In this document: piece by piece, positions 9,787 through 20,211 of the stretch
Layout of the letters: every line of letters begins with the position of its first letter
How positions within the stretch are numbered: the first letter of the stretch is position 1
Source of the DNA: an uncultured Thermoplasmatales archaeon
GTDB lineage: Archaea; Thermoplasmatota; E2; DHVEG-1
Length of the DNA: 64,000 nucleotides
Direction: 5' to 3'
Assembly (NCBI GenBank): GCA_964518165.1
Contig: CAZFFN010000040.1
Coordinates: 14,329-78,328 of the forward strand
Program-made: the position numbers and the translations under genes
The notes under the pieces: generated by a model
What the model saw: only the letters and a program-made list of their open reading frames with translations
What the model was told of the DNA's origin: nothing
Database searches by the model: none

Positions 9787-12700
9787 ATGACTAATAATAG
9801 TAACCTTGAAAAACCATTACTTTATACTAAGTCTTCCCAACATGGGCGGGTAACAAAGCGGCTATGTGGGGGACTGCAGATCCTCATACGGGGGTTCAAA
9901 TCCCTCCCCGCCCTCTTATTTTTACTCTTTTTATTTCTTATCATACTTCTATCAGCAACATCAGAAGGGAGGTTATTGATCAATGAAGTTATGTATGATC
10001 CATCAGCAAATGAATACTATCATGAATGGGTGGAATTATATAATCCAACAAATGAGTCAATAAACATATCTGGTTGGACGCTGACAGATAATAGATATAA
10101 AGATTTTTTAGAAGTAAACAGAGATTTTGGAAATAAAACTGATATCATCCCACCATATAGATATGCTATTGTAACAGATCATGGTTCAAAAATATTTGAT
10201 TATTATAATCTTTCAAATCAAACAATCTGCCTATATGTAGATGATAAAAGCATAGGAAACGGCCTTGGAAATTCTGGTGATTATCTTATTCTTAAAAACA
10301 GTACAAACAATACAGTCGATTATGTCGAATGGATAAATGAGTATCCACATATTAATGGAACAGCAATAGAAAAAATTGAAGAAAACTACACCATTTCAAA
10401 AATAAAACCTAATAAGACAAATGATTCGAAAACTGATTATTTTGAAGGAATACCTACACCTGGAGAAAAAAACATATTATTACAAAGAGGAGAAACTAGG
10501 ATAGATTCTAATAAAAAAGAATTTTTAATTTCAAAAAACAAAAAACAAAAAATCACTTTCGAAGTGAAAAATTTAGGAGAATTTGAGGATAACATTACTA
10601 TTAAAGCTAAAGAAATTCCTAGTGGTTTTTGTGTAGAAATACTTAGAAAAAATTTGTTTTTAAAACCGAATAAAACAGGTCTGGTAAATATAACAGTAAA
10701 ACCGTGTAATTCTTGTTATGAAGGAAAATTAAAGATTTTTGCAGAATCAGAGAAGAAGATAAACAAGTCAGATGATATCGAGCTATATTTTAAAATAAAT
10801 AACCCTGATCTATGGGTAAAAAAAATCAAAATATATAACGAAGAAAAAAATGAAACAAACCTAATAAAACAAGGGGAAAACATTAGAGTAAAAGCTTTTT
10901 TAAAAAATCTAGGCCCAAAAAATGCATCTAACGTAATTGTAACTTTTTATAAAGATCAAATTAAGCCTGAAAAATTAGTAGGTAATAAATTCTACGAATC
11001 AGTTTCAAAGTACCAAAAATATCCATCTCTTTATATTGATACAATCTCCTTTTCACCCGGCACACATAAAATAATTGTTTATGCTGATGAAAAAGATAGA
11101 ATTGATGAAATACTTGAGACAAATAATATCTTATCTTTTGAAATAAAAATTATTGATACAAGACCAAATATTTTTGAAAAGAAATTGATTTTCACTGAAT
11201 TTTATTATCATGCTCATCCAGGTTTAAAAAATGAATTCATGAAGATATACAATCCAAATAACAAAAGTATTGATATATCTGATTGGTATGTTTCAAATAA
11301 TCCAAATAAAAATCGTTTGGATCAAAGAAAGATTATTTTTCCAAATAATACAATAATTAGACCATTTTCTATTATATGTATTGCTCAAAAGGCAAATGAC
11401 TATAGATTTCAAACAAATGAATTACCAGATTTTGAGTACTATTATGATTCAGATAAAAATGTAACTGATATGAAAAATTTAGAGAAAATGTATTTTTCAA
11501 ATAATAAGGGAATAGTTACATTGAAAAATCCATTTAATCATACTATAGACAGTATTGTGTATGGTAATAATTCAAAAAAATATGGTGGATGGAACGGTGA
11601 ACCTTTAAAAGCTTCAGACAAAGGAATTATTTTAAAAAGAAATATTCAAAATAACATATTTATAGATACAAATACAAGTTCTGATTGGATAAATAGAAGA
11701 ATCTACAGGATAGGTCAGACTGATTTAAAAACAAAATTTTTTAATTTCACTGGATCAATACAGCCTTTTGTATCCCCTGATTCTAGCTTTATTACAATTA
11801 AAAAATATCTAAATCTTGCAAATGAATCGATCCATCTAAATATGTATGAGCTTACAAATCCCTATCTTTGTGATGAAATTATTAATTGCCTTCTTAGAAA
11901 TGTATCTGTTAACATACTAATCGAAGGTGGCCCTGTTGGAGGGGTCTGTGACACTGAAAAATATCTATTAAATAGAATACACACTTATGGCGGAATTATT
12001 AGAGTTAAAACTTCAGATATTAAAAACAAAGTTTTTTCCCGGTATAGGTTTAACCATGCTAAATATCTTGTAATAGATAACAATACTACAATTATAGAGA
12101 GTTGTAACTGGGCTGAAACTGGTGTACCAATTGATCCAAGTTTCGGCAATCGTGAATGGGGTGTTGTTGTAAAAAATAGTTCTTTTGCAGATTACTATCT
12201 AGATGTTTTTCTTTATGACTGGGATCTATCTTTTAGCACAATAGTTCCTTTTATAGAATTGGAATGGTATATACCTAATAATTATTATTTTGATAACTAT
12301 TATTACAAAGGAAACTATGAAAAACAGTTTTGTTCAGAAGTTTTTTATGGCAATTTCTCTGTTAAACCAGTTTTTAGCCCTGATACTAGTTTTATTGAAA
12401 TATATAATCTATTAAATTCAGCTGAAAAAACAATTTATATTGAGCAACTTTATATCTATAAATATTGGGATAAAGAATTAAATCCTTTTTTAGAAGTTTT
12501 AAGTAAAAAAGCAAAGAACGGTGTTGATGTAAGAGTTATAATGAACTATAATCCAGTCTATGATAGTACAAATCAAAAGACGAATCAAACAAAAAATTAT
12601 TTAGAAAAAAACAATGTAAAAGTTAAATTTATTTATACGAACTGGTCTGTTTTTACAAACATTCACAATAAAGGAGCAATTATTGATAATAAATCTGTTT

Positions 12701-12957
12701 TAGTTTCTAGTATTAACTGGAATAAAAACTCTTTTATGAACAATAGAGAAGCAGGAATCATTATCGAAAACAAAAACGTTAGTAGTTACTATTCTTCGGT
12801 TTTCTTTTATGATTGGAATCTAGAGAAATCTAATGAAAAAATCTTTGAGGAAGAGGTATTTGAAGAAGAAAATGAAAATACTATTTATATAGTTGCTATA
12901 TACACAATGACCTTGGTACTTATCATTCAAGATTGGAGAAAAAGAAAATGGCAGTAG
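9787..12957 (+). CDS. Membrane-anchored phospholipase D family protein with two lamin-tail-like domains and a CARDB-like domain (start uncertain)
   Basis: Two HKD motifs (HAKYLVID, HNKGAIID), INEVMYDP...EWVELYNP lamin-tail motif, C-terminal hydrophobic segment plus basic tail. Confidence 0.9.
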   Translation: MTNNSNLEKPLLYTKSSQHGRVTKRLCGGLQILIRGFKSLPALLFLLFLFLIILLSATSEGRLLINEVMYDPSANEYYHEWVELYNPTNESINISGWTLTDNRYKDFLEVNRDFGNKTDIIPPYRYAIVTDHGSKIFDYYNLSNQTICLYVDDKSIGNGLGNSGDYLILKNSTNNTVDYVEWINEYPHINGTAIEKIEENYTISKIKPNKTNDSKTDYFEGIPTPGEKNILLQRGETRIDSNKKEFLISKNKKQKITFEVKNLGEFEDNITIKAKEIPSGFCVEILRKNLFLKPNKTGLVNITVKPCNSCYEGKLKIFAESEKKINKSDDIELYFKINNPDLWVKKIKIYNEEKNETNLIKQGENIRVKAFLKNLGPKNASNVIVTFYKDQIKPEKLVGNKFYESVSKYQKYPSLYIDTISFSPGTHKIIVYADEKDRIDEILETNNILSFEIKIIDTRPNIFEKKLIFTEFYYHAHPGLKNEFMKIYNPNNKSIDISDWYVSNNPNKNRLDQRKIIFPNNTIIRPFSIICIAQKANDYRFQTNELPDFEYYYDSDKNVTDMKNLEKMYFSNNKGIVTLKNPFNHTIDSIVYGNNSKKYGGWNGEPLKASDKGIILKRNIQNNIFIDTNTSSDWINRRIYRIGQTDLKTKFFNFTGSIQPFVSPDSSFITIKKYLNLANESIHLNMYELTNPYLCDEIINCLLRNVSVNILIEGGPVGGVCDTEKYLLNRIHTYGGIIRVKTSDIKNKVFSRYRFNHAKYLVIDNNTTIIESCNWAETGVPIDPSFGNREWGVVVKNSSFADYYLDVFLYDWDLSFSTIVPFIELEWYIPNNYYFDNYYYKGNYEKQFCSEVFYGNFSVKPVFSPDTSFIEIYNLLNSAEKTIYIEQLYIYKYWDKELNPFLEVLSKKAKNGVDVRVIMNYNPVYDSTNQKTNQTKNYLEKNNVKVKFIYTNWSVFTNIHNKGAIIDNKSVLVSSINWNKNSFMNNREAGIIIENKNVSSYYSSVFFYDWNLEKSNEKIFEEEVFEEENENTIYIVAIYTMTLVLIIQDWRKRKWQ
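9844..9914 (+). tRNA. tRNA-Cys(GCA)
   Basis: Acceptor stem GGGCGGG/CCCGCCC, anticodon arm GGGGA-CTGCAGA-TCCTC, T arm GGGGG-TTCAAAT-CCCTC, discriminator U, no encoded CCA, TATA-like TTTATA upstream. Confidence 0.96.
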
Positions 12958-13898
12958 AAATCTTTTCGTTGAATCCTGTTTCAATAGTAGCTATGGCTAT
13001 AATGATTACTGGAATTGTTATCGCTATTTTTAAAAAATGGATGATAACCTATGCTTTGATTGTTACAAATTTTGTTATTTTTGTACTATCTCTTTTTTTT
13101 AGAGCAGAAATTATATTTGAACTAGGTTTTAGGCCAATTTATTTAACTCCGCAATATTTTCCTCAGATTTATACCTTATTTAGCTCCATGTTTGTTCATA
13201 GTGGTTTTATGCATATCTTTGGAAATATGCTAGTGTTTTTCTTTATCGGCCTTCCTTTTGAACAAAGAGTTGGATGGAAGAAATTTTTACTTATCTATTT
13301 ACTTACAGGTGTATGTGCCGCTCTTACCCACTCATTTTTAAACCTTGAATCTACAATACCTTTAGTTGGTGCTTCAGGTGCAATTTTTGGTATTATGGGA
13401 GCGTTTGCATTTGCATATCCTAATGATAAAGTGGTTATGCCTATACCCCTTGGTATTGTAATGATTCTTAGGCGAATCAAAGTATTGTATGCTGTTTTAC
13501 TTTTTGCCGCACTTGAAACAATCATTGTTTTTTTTGGTGCACAGAGTCAAACAGCTCATTACGCTCACTTAGGTGGACTTATAAGTGGAGTTGTTGTCGC
13601 TGCAGTAGTTTTAAGAGGTAGAAAAACACATACCAAAGAAGACAAAACTGTATATTATGATTCATATATGGCTGAAAGACCTAGAAACTATGATTTCAAA
13701 AGCCTTGAACAATTTGCCGGTACACCTGAATTAGAACAAATGCTTGAGAAAATTAAAAATGAAACAGTCCCCCAGGTTCAAGATATATGGCTTGAGCATT
13801 TTATAGAAAAAGCAATATGTCCAAAGTGCGGCAGTAAAATAAAAAGTTTTAACAGAAAGATTTGGTGTGACAAATGCGGTTTTAAAACTAAATATTAA
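12948..13898 (+). CDS. Rhomboid intramembrane serine protease with C-terminal Zn ribbon
   Basis: HIFGNM, GASGA (catalytic Ser), AHLGG (catalytic His); CPKC...CDKC tail. Confidence 0.93.
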   Translation: MAVEIFSLNPVSIVAMAIMITGIVIAIFKKWMITYALIVTNFVIFVLSLFFRAEIIFELGFRPIYLTPQYFPQIYTLFSSMFVHSGFMHIFGNMLVFFFIGLPFEQRVGWKKFLLIYLLTGVCAALTHSFLNLESTIPLVGASGAIFGIMGAFAFAYPNDKVVMPIPLGIVMILRRIKVLYAVLLFAALETIIVFFGAQSQTAHYAHLGGLISGVVVAAVVLRGRKTHTKEDKTVYYDSYMAERPRNYDFKSLEQFAGTPELEQMLEKIKNETVPQVQDIWLEHFIEKAICPKCGSKIKSFNRKIWCDKCGFKTKY

Positions 13899-15296
13899 CT
13901 TCTGTTTAACATATTTTCAAAAAGAATATCTAAATACAAAACTATTTTTTTGAAATCAAATAAAGATAAGAATCTGCTAACCAAAAATCTAAAATTCTTT
14001 GCTTGTTTTTTAATATCTTCACCATTATCTATAAAATCATTGTTAGTTATTAACTTATTTTTATCATAGTAACAATCAGATAAGACAATACCTATATCGT
14101 TTTTTGATATTGTATTATAGGTCAATGTATTTCCAGGTGAAGACTCAAGTTTTAAGCCGATATTGTTCTCTGAAATATTATTATTTTTTATACCATTTTT
14201 TTCCGATCTTAAAAGATAAATTCCATGATTCATGTTAAAATTTATTGTGTTATCCTCAATTTTAACATCTTCTTTAATATTTATTAAAATAATACCTGAT
14301 GAAAAAGAATAATTTTTTTGACCATTATTTATTATCCTATTGTTTGTTATTTTCACATCTTCTCCTAAATTAAAACCGTATATTCCATAGAGAGAGTTAT
14401 CTCTTATCTTGTTATTAGCAATATCAATGTTTTGAACACAATGTAAAAGAATTCCTTGATCGGTATTATCAAAGATCTCATTATAATATATTTTTATGTT
14501 GCTTAATTCAGAATTATCTTCTCCAACTATCTGTATTCCTGATCCAATGTTACTATATATTTCGCAATTTTTAATGAAAATATTACTTAACTTAATATTA
14601 CCTGTACAATCTAAAAATATATTTCCACTACAATACCATCCCTCATCTCGCATCTCACCGTTTTTAAATAGATGACAATTATTAATTGTTACAGAGTCAG
14701 CATCATTAGTAAAAAAGATGCTGTGACCTTTAACATTAATTACCTTGCATTTTTCAATTAAGCAATTTTTAACATTTGAAACCTCAATACCAGAAGCACT
14801 ATCTATTACAGTACAATCAGAAATTTCTATTCCTTCATAGAAAGATCCTTCAGAATAATCTAAGGATTCGCCTAGACAAATAGACCTAAAAAGACCTTTT
14901 TTGGGCATTTTTAACTAATAAGTTTTTTATATAAACATCTGAAGCTTTTACACTTATTCCTGGTTCTGCTTCTTTTTGTGCATCTATAATTATTTTATCT
15001 TTTTCTTCTCCAATTAGTTCAATCTTTTTATTTATAAAAATATTTTCATAGTATGTTCCAGCTCTAACAATTATTTTATCACCGTTTTCAGTTGAATTTA
15101 TTGCATCCTGAATTTTTGTATAATCTCCGGTTCCACTATCATCAACAATTAAGGTATTATTATTTACATCTATTTCACTGATTGTTATATTCTCCGCAGA
15201 TATTGAAGTTATACCAGCAAATAAAAACATAAAAAAAAGTAATATACACCTAGTTTTTTTATACTTAGGATTAGCTTTAATAATATTAATTAGCAT
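13895..15296 (-). pseudogene. Secreted right-handed parallel beta-helix (NosD-like) protein split by a frameshift
   Basis: The 136-aa and 337-aa ORFs join in frame if one base is removed from the T6 run at 14897-14902. Asn/Ile-rich beta-helix repeats. Confidence 0.75.
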
Positions 15297-15383
15297 ACGA
15301 TAATATATTTATTATCACTATTTATTAAATCTTCTGTATAATAGTATATTAAATTTTTAAATTACTAAGTTAAAAATAAATCC

Positions 15384-16361
15384 CTAGAAAGATAAAGAAA
15401 TAACCAACCCTTTTAACTCTCCAAATAAAATAAGACTTGATATTATATAGCCTATTATTGCGCCTCCACATAGAAGCGGAAGACCAGCTTGGGGCTTTCC
15501 ACGCATTACAAATATCATTAGAATTGAAAAACCAATAAGAGTCCCAATGATTATTCCAATTGATAGTAGTAGACCATTTGGTATTGTATTATAGACCGCT
15601 GCTACTAATATGCCCGGCATTACAATATCCCCTAGACCCATAAAAAAAGCATCCCTTTCTTCTTTTTCTTCAATTTGCTTTTTTAGTCTCTTTGTTTCTT
15701 TTATAAGTGAATATTTCCTAATTTTTGGAACAACGAGTAGCACTGGAAGTTTTAAATCCATCACCGTATCAGCAAGATCTATCATGTGTTTTGTTTTATA
15801 AACAGATATTGCATCATAAATTGCAAGAGCAGCTAAGAAAATTATTACTAGAAATATACTTAGCGACATTCCAAATATTGCTATTGCACCAGCACCAATT
15901 AATATCCCAGTTAGATCAATTACATACCATTCTGGATATTTATAAAGGATATATACAAGCATTATTGCTAAAAATATTGCTAGAATAACAGGTATCGATA
16001 ATGGAATATATCTGTTGCCTGTCACATATATTTTTATCACATAAGAAATTGGTTTTATTAAACTTAATAGTGGATAAATTACATATGCTGCAGTATAACC
16101 TATTGCCCCAAGTATCAATATTTGAATAATCTGTTTTTTCCAGAATTTTGAAATAAGCAGTATTACAATAGTAAAAACAATCAAAATTGCAAATATATAT
16201 GCAATATTTAGTGGATTATTTATATCTTCAAAAGCAGGTTGGACCCCGGCTTCTTTAAACGGTTGAGTGACTAATAAAGCTAGGCCGTGAATTACTATAA
16301 AAAAAAGACCCATTATTCCTACTGCAGTTAGTTCATTTTTATCCTTTTTTTTATCGTTCAT
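15384..16361 (-). CDS. Presenilin-family intramembrane aspartyl protease (PSH)
   Basis: AIYDAISV (YD), MGLGD (GxGD) and PQAGLP motifs in a multi-TM protein. Confidence 0.93.
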   Translation of the reverse strand: MNDKKKDKNELTAVGIMGLFFIVIHGLALLVTQPFKEAGVQPAFEDINNPLNIAYIFAILIVFTIVILLISKFWKKQIIQILILGAIGYTAAYVIYPLLSLIKPISYVIKIYVTGNRYIPLSIPVILAIFLAIMLVYILYKYPEWYVIDLTGILIGAGAIAIFGMSLSIFLVIIFLAALAIYDAISVYKTKHMIDLADTVMDLKLPVLLVVPKIRKYSLIKETKRLKKQIEEKEERDAFFMGLGDIVMPGILVAAVYNTIPNGLLLSIGIIIGTLIGFSILMIFVMRGKPQAGLPLLCGGAIIGYIISSLILFGELKGLVISLSF

Positions 16362-16406
16362 TATTTTTCCAAAAATATATTCTTCCTATTTAACTAGTTA
16401 TGTTTT

Positions 16407-17366
16407 TTATATAAAATGGATTCCTGAAAATATATACCAAATAAATAATCCATATATTACAAGCATAAATGCACCTTCAAGTCGCGATATGATATTTTTG
16501 GTGTAAATTATTGGGACCATAGCAATTGTGACAATTAGAAGTATTAGGATTGAATCCATTGATTTAAACGCATATAGCGGTATAAATAACGCTGCAAAAC
16601 CAAGAATCAATAGAATGTTAAAAACATTTGATCCAAGTACATTTCCAACTGCTACATCTGATTGACCCTTGTATGCCGCCATCACAGATACCACTAGTTC
16701 AGGAAGAGATGTTCCAATCGCAACTATTGATGCTGCAATCACAAATTGCGGTATTCCAAGCATATCAGCAATAGTTACTGATGATTCAATCAATAAATAT
16801 GCTCCAGCAACTACACCAATGATTCCAAGAATAATATATGCAATATCCTTTTTTGTGTCATCATCTTTGTATTTATCCACTTTAATTCTTTCTTTTTTTG
16901 CACATGTTATAAAAAACCATATGAATACTATAAATAAAACAAGAAAAAGGATTCCTCCGAAGATTCTATAATCATCTAACAAGCTAAAATATGAAGCAAA
17001 AAGAAGTACGCCTGTTGCAGCAACCAGTATCGGCATTTCTCTTCTTATAATGCCCTTATTTATTTTAATTGGTTTGATTATTGCACTTATTCCAAGAACA
17101 AGAAACAAATTAGCAATACATGATCCAACGATGTTTCCAAGAGATATATCTGATTCTCCTTGTGCTGCAGCTCCAACTGATAATGCAAACTCAGGTGATG
17201 ATGTACCAAATCCTACGAGTACAACAGATATAATCAATGCAGATATCCCTAGTTTCGCTGCTGTTTTTACAGTTCCATCTACAAGCATATCTGATCCTTT
17301 ATACAAAAATAATACACCAACGATAAATGCTGGAACAGCTAGTAATTCGTACCCTGCAGGTATCAT
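16407..17366 (-). CDS. Calcium/sodium antiporter (CaCA, YrbG-like)
   Basis: Alpha repeats GTSSPE...GNIVGSCIAN and GTSLPE...GNVLGSNVFN. Confidence 0.95.
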   Translation of the reverse strand: MIPAGYELLAVPAFIVGVLFLYKGSDMLVDGTVKTAAKLGISALIISVVLVGFGTSSPEFALSVGAAAQGESDISLGNIVGSCIANLFLVLGISAIIKPIKINKGIIRREMPILVAATGVLLFASYFSLLDDYRIFGGILFLVLFIVFIWFFITCAKKERIKVDKYKDDDTKKDIAYIILGIIGVVAGAYLLIESSVTIADMLGIPQFVIAASIVAIGTSLPELVVSVMAAYKGQSDVAVGNVLGSNVFNILLILGFAALFIPLYAFKSMDSILILLIVTIAMVPIIYTKNIISRLEGAFMLVIYGLFIWYIFSGIHFI

Positions 17367-17454
17367 ATCGAGGCGTAATTAGGGTACTTATTTAAATAGT
17401 CTGGTAAAAACAAAAGTATTTTAATTATTATTAATTCAGTTCTCTTGATTTATA

Positions 17455-18264
17455 ATGCAAAAAGGAAGCTTAACTTTTATAGGTCTTGGCCTCTTTGATG
17501 AAAAAGATATCTCAGTAAAAGGTCTTGAAGAAATCAAGAAATCAGATAAAATCTTTGCAGAATTCTACACAGCAAAACTTGTAGGAACAAATATCAAAGA
17601 ACTCGAAAAAAAGTATGGTAAAAAAATAACTGTTCTGAATAGAGAAGAAACAGAGAAAGGAGATATAATCATTGATTCAGCAAAAAAAGAAAAAACTTCT
17701 TTTATTGTAGCTGGGGACTCAATGACAGCAACAACTCATGTTGATCTAAGAATACGGGCAATTAAAAAAGGAATAAAAACAAAAGTGATACATGGAAGTA
17801 GTATAGTAACTGCTGTGTCAGGCCTATTGGGCCTACAGAACTATAAATTTGGAAGGACTACAACACTATGTTACCCAGAAAAAAACTTTTTTCCAACTAG
17901 TCCTTATGATGTTATTTTTAAAAACAAAGAAATTGGGCTTCATACACTTGTACTTTTAGATATAAAGCAAGATCAAAACAGATATATGACAGCTAATGAA
18001 GGACTTAATTTACTTCTTAAAATGGAAGAAAAACATAAAAAGAATTTAATAACAAACAAAACAGTTGCATGTGTTGTTGCTAGAGCGGGTTCAGATAATG
18101 TAACTGTTAAAGCAGATGCAATAAAAAATCTAATTGATCTTGATTTCAATGAACCACTCCATACAATAGTAATTCCAGGGAATCTACATTTTATGGAAAT
18201 AGATTCTCTTAAAACACTTGCACAACTACCTGCACAACAGGTCAGAAAATTACAAAAAGTATAA
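17455..18264 (+). CDS. dph5: Diphthine synthase
   Basis: FIGLGL, AEFYT, ATTHVDL, GLQNYKFGRTTT, GLHTLVLLD motifs. Confidence 0.96.
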   Translation: MQKGSLTFIGLGLFDEKDISVKGLEEIKKSDKIFAEFYTAKLVGTNIKELEKKYGKKITVLNREETEKGDIIIDSAKKEKTSFIVAGDSMTATTHVDLRIRAIKKGIKTKVIHGSSIVTAVSGLLGLQNYKFGRTTTLCYPEKNFFPTSPYDVIFKNKEIGLHTLVLLDIKQDQNRYMTANEGLNLLLKMEEKHKKNLITNKTVACVVARAGSDNVTVKADAIKNLIDLDFNEPLHTIVIPGNLHFMEIDSLKTLAQLPAQQVRKLQKV

Positions 18265-18301
18265 AGCCTATTTGCTTTATTATTAAATAAATAGGGGATT
18301 T

Positions 18302-20197
18302 GTGTTGATGCAACAAAATGAAGGAATAGTCGGATATATTTACGGAGATGTTGGTTCAACTGAGTTTAACTTTGCAGTGAACGGACAAAATATTAGAAAA
18401 TTTGATTACATTTATGCACCTCATAAAGAAGGAGCAATGCTTGCCCAAGTAATGGATATTAAGCAGCATTCAGATCTAAAATTTGAGGATGCAACATCTA
18501 TTATGAAAGGTGAAGAGATACCTAATTTTAAAACAAAAGTATCTGCTTTTGCTGATGTTATTGGTTTTCGTGATAAAAAAGGACTTATTCAGTCTCCACG
18601 TACACCTTTTGATTCAGGTTCAGCAATTAAACTAGCTGATGAAAAACTGATAAGAAAAGTTCTAGGTCTAAATGCATCAGAACAAAACGGTGCATATATC
18701 GGCCTGCTTAAAGGTCATGATCTCCCTGTTTACCTAAATATTGATGCTTTGGTTCAAAAACATATCTGTATCTTAGCTAAAACAGGCGGCGGTAAAAGCT
18801 ATGCATGTGGAGTTTTAATGGAAGAACTTTTAAAAAAGAAGGTCCCAATGGTTATAATTGATACCCATGGCGAATATCACTCACTTTCTGAAGGAAATAG
18901 AAGTCGTAAAGATAAAAAAAATATGGAACGGTTTGGTGTTAAAAAATCGGATTATAAGAGTCAAATAAATGAATTTTCACCAATTGGATCAAAAGGAAAT
19001 ATCAACCATTTAAGCTTAAATGGAGTAAATCTTGAGGCAAGAGAAATTATGGATCTGCTTGGTTCAAAACTATCTGGACCTCAATCTGGAGTTTTATATC
19101 AAGCAATAAAAGAAGTAAAAGAATACAAATCATACTATACCTTAAGAGATATAATTGATGCAGTCCAAAGATCAAAAAGTAATGCTCGTTGGAATGTAAT
19201 TGCTGCCCTTGAGTCATTAGACTCAATAGGTGTTTTTTCAGAGAATGGAACACCCACCGATGAAATTGTAAAAAAAGGAAAATGTACGCTGCTTAATATG
19301 AAAGGTGTTGCACCTGATATCCAGGATGTAGTTGTGGCAAGGCTTACTAAAGAACTATTTGATGCAAGAAAAGCAGGTAAGGTACCACCGTTTTTACTTG
19401 TAGTTGAAGAAGCCCATAATTATTGTCCAGAAAGAGGCGTAGGTAAATCCATTTCGTCAGGAATTCTTAGAACAATTGCATCAGAGGGACGTAAATTTGG
19501 TATGGGTCTATGTGTTGTATCTCAAAGACCTGCTAAAGTAGATAAAAATATTATCAGCCAGTGTAACACAAATTTTATTTTAAAGGTTACAAATCCAAAT
19601 GACTTGAAAGCAATTATTCAATCAGTAGAGGGTCTAACGAGTCAGACATATAGAGAGATACAAAGACTACCTATTGGTATAGCACTTATCTCTGGTGCTG
19701 GCTTGCAGCAGCCTGTAATGACTGAAGTAAGAACACGTGAAACAAACCACGGCGGTAGAAGTGTTACTATTTCCAAAGGCGTTAAATCAAGTCCGCCTAG
19801 AATTCCAAAGGAACCGCAAAAACCTAAACCTTCCGTAAAACCACCTGAACCATCGATTCAACCACCATCACCATCTCATATGAACTCAGAACCAGATGAA
19901 AAACAATCAAAACCAAAAGAAGATAAGGCCACAGAGAAAGCAAAGAATGTGTCTAGAGTTGCTAATAGACTCGGATGGGTTGATGAAGACGATCCAGATA
20001 AAGCGATAAAGACCCTTACCAAAGAGGCAGAAAAAATGAATGAAAATGTATTCAAATACTTAGAGTCACTTGCAAAACTAGGTAGAAACTTTTGCTCTGT
20101 TGAAAACCCTAAGTGTATGAACTGTCCGATGAACAAGGGATGTCAGTACAGAGCAAAACTCGCGGGAAATAAAAAGAAAGGATTATTTAGAAGATAA
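18302..20197 (+). CDS. HerA-like ATPase with C-terminal endonuclease III-type Fe-S domain
   Basis: HAS-barrel-like N-terminus, Walker A AKTGGGKS, Walker B VVEEAH, SEGRKFG, SQRP, a Pro-rich linker and CX6CX2CX5C. Confidence 0.88.
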   Translation: MLMQQNEGIVGYIYGDVGSTEFNFAVNGQNIRKFDYIYAPHKEGAMLAQVMDIKQHSDLKFEDATSIMKGEEIPNFKTKVSAFADVIGFRDKKGLIQSPRTPFDSGSAIKLADEKLIRKVLGLNASEQNGAYIGLLKGHDLPVYLNIDALVQKHICILAKTGGGKSYACGVLMEELLKKKVPMVIIDTHGEYHSLSEGNRSRKDKKNMERFGVKKSDYKSQINEFSPIGSKGNINHLSLNGVNLEAREIMDLLGSKLSGPQSGVLYQAIKEVKEYKSYYTLRDIIDAVQRSKSNARWNVIAALESLDSIGVFSENGTPTDEIVKKGKCTLLNMKGVAPDIQDVVVARLTKELFDARKAGKVPPFLLVVEEAHNYCPERGVGKSISSGILRTIASEGRKFGMGLCVVSQRPAKVDKNIISQCNTNFILKVTNPNDLKAIIQSVEGLTSQTYREIQRLPIGIALISGAGLQQPVMTEVRTRETNHGGRSVTISKGVKSSPPRIPKEPQKPKPSVKPPEPSIQPPSPSHMNSEPDEKQSKPKEDKATEKAKNVSRVANRLGWVDEDDPDKAIKTLTKEAEKMNENVFKYLESLAKLGRNFCSVENPKCMNCPMNKGCQYRAKLAGNKKKGLFRR

Positions 20198-20211
20198 ATA
20201 ATGTTTTTAAG

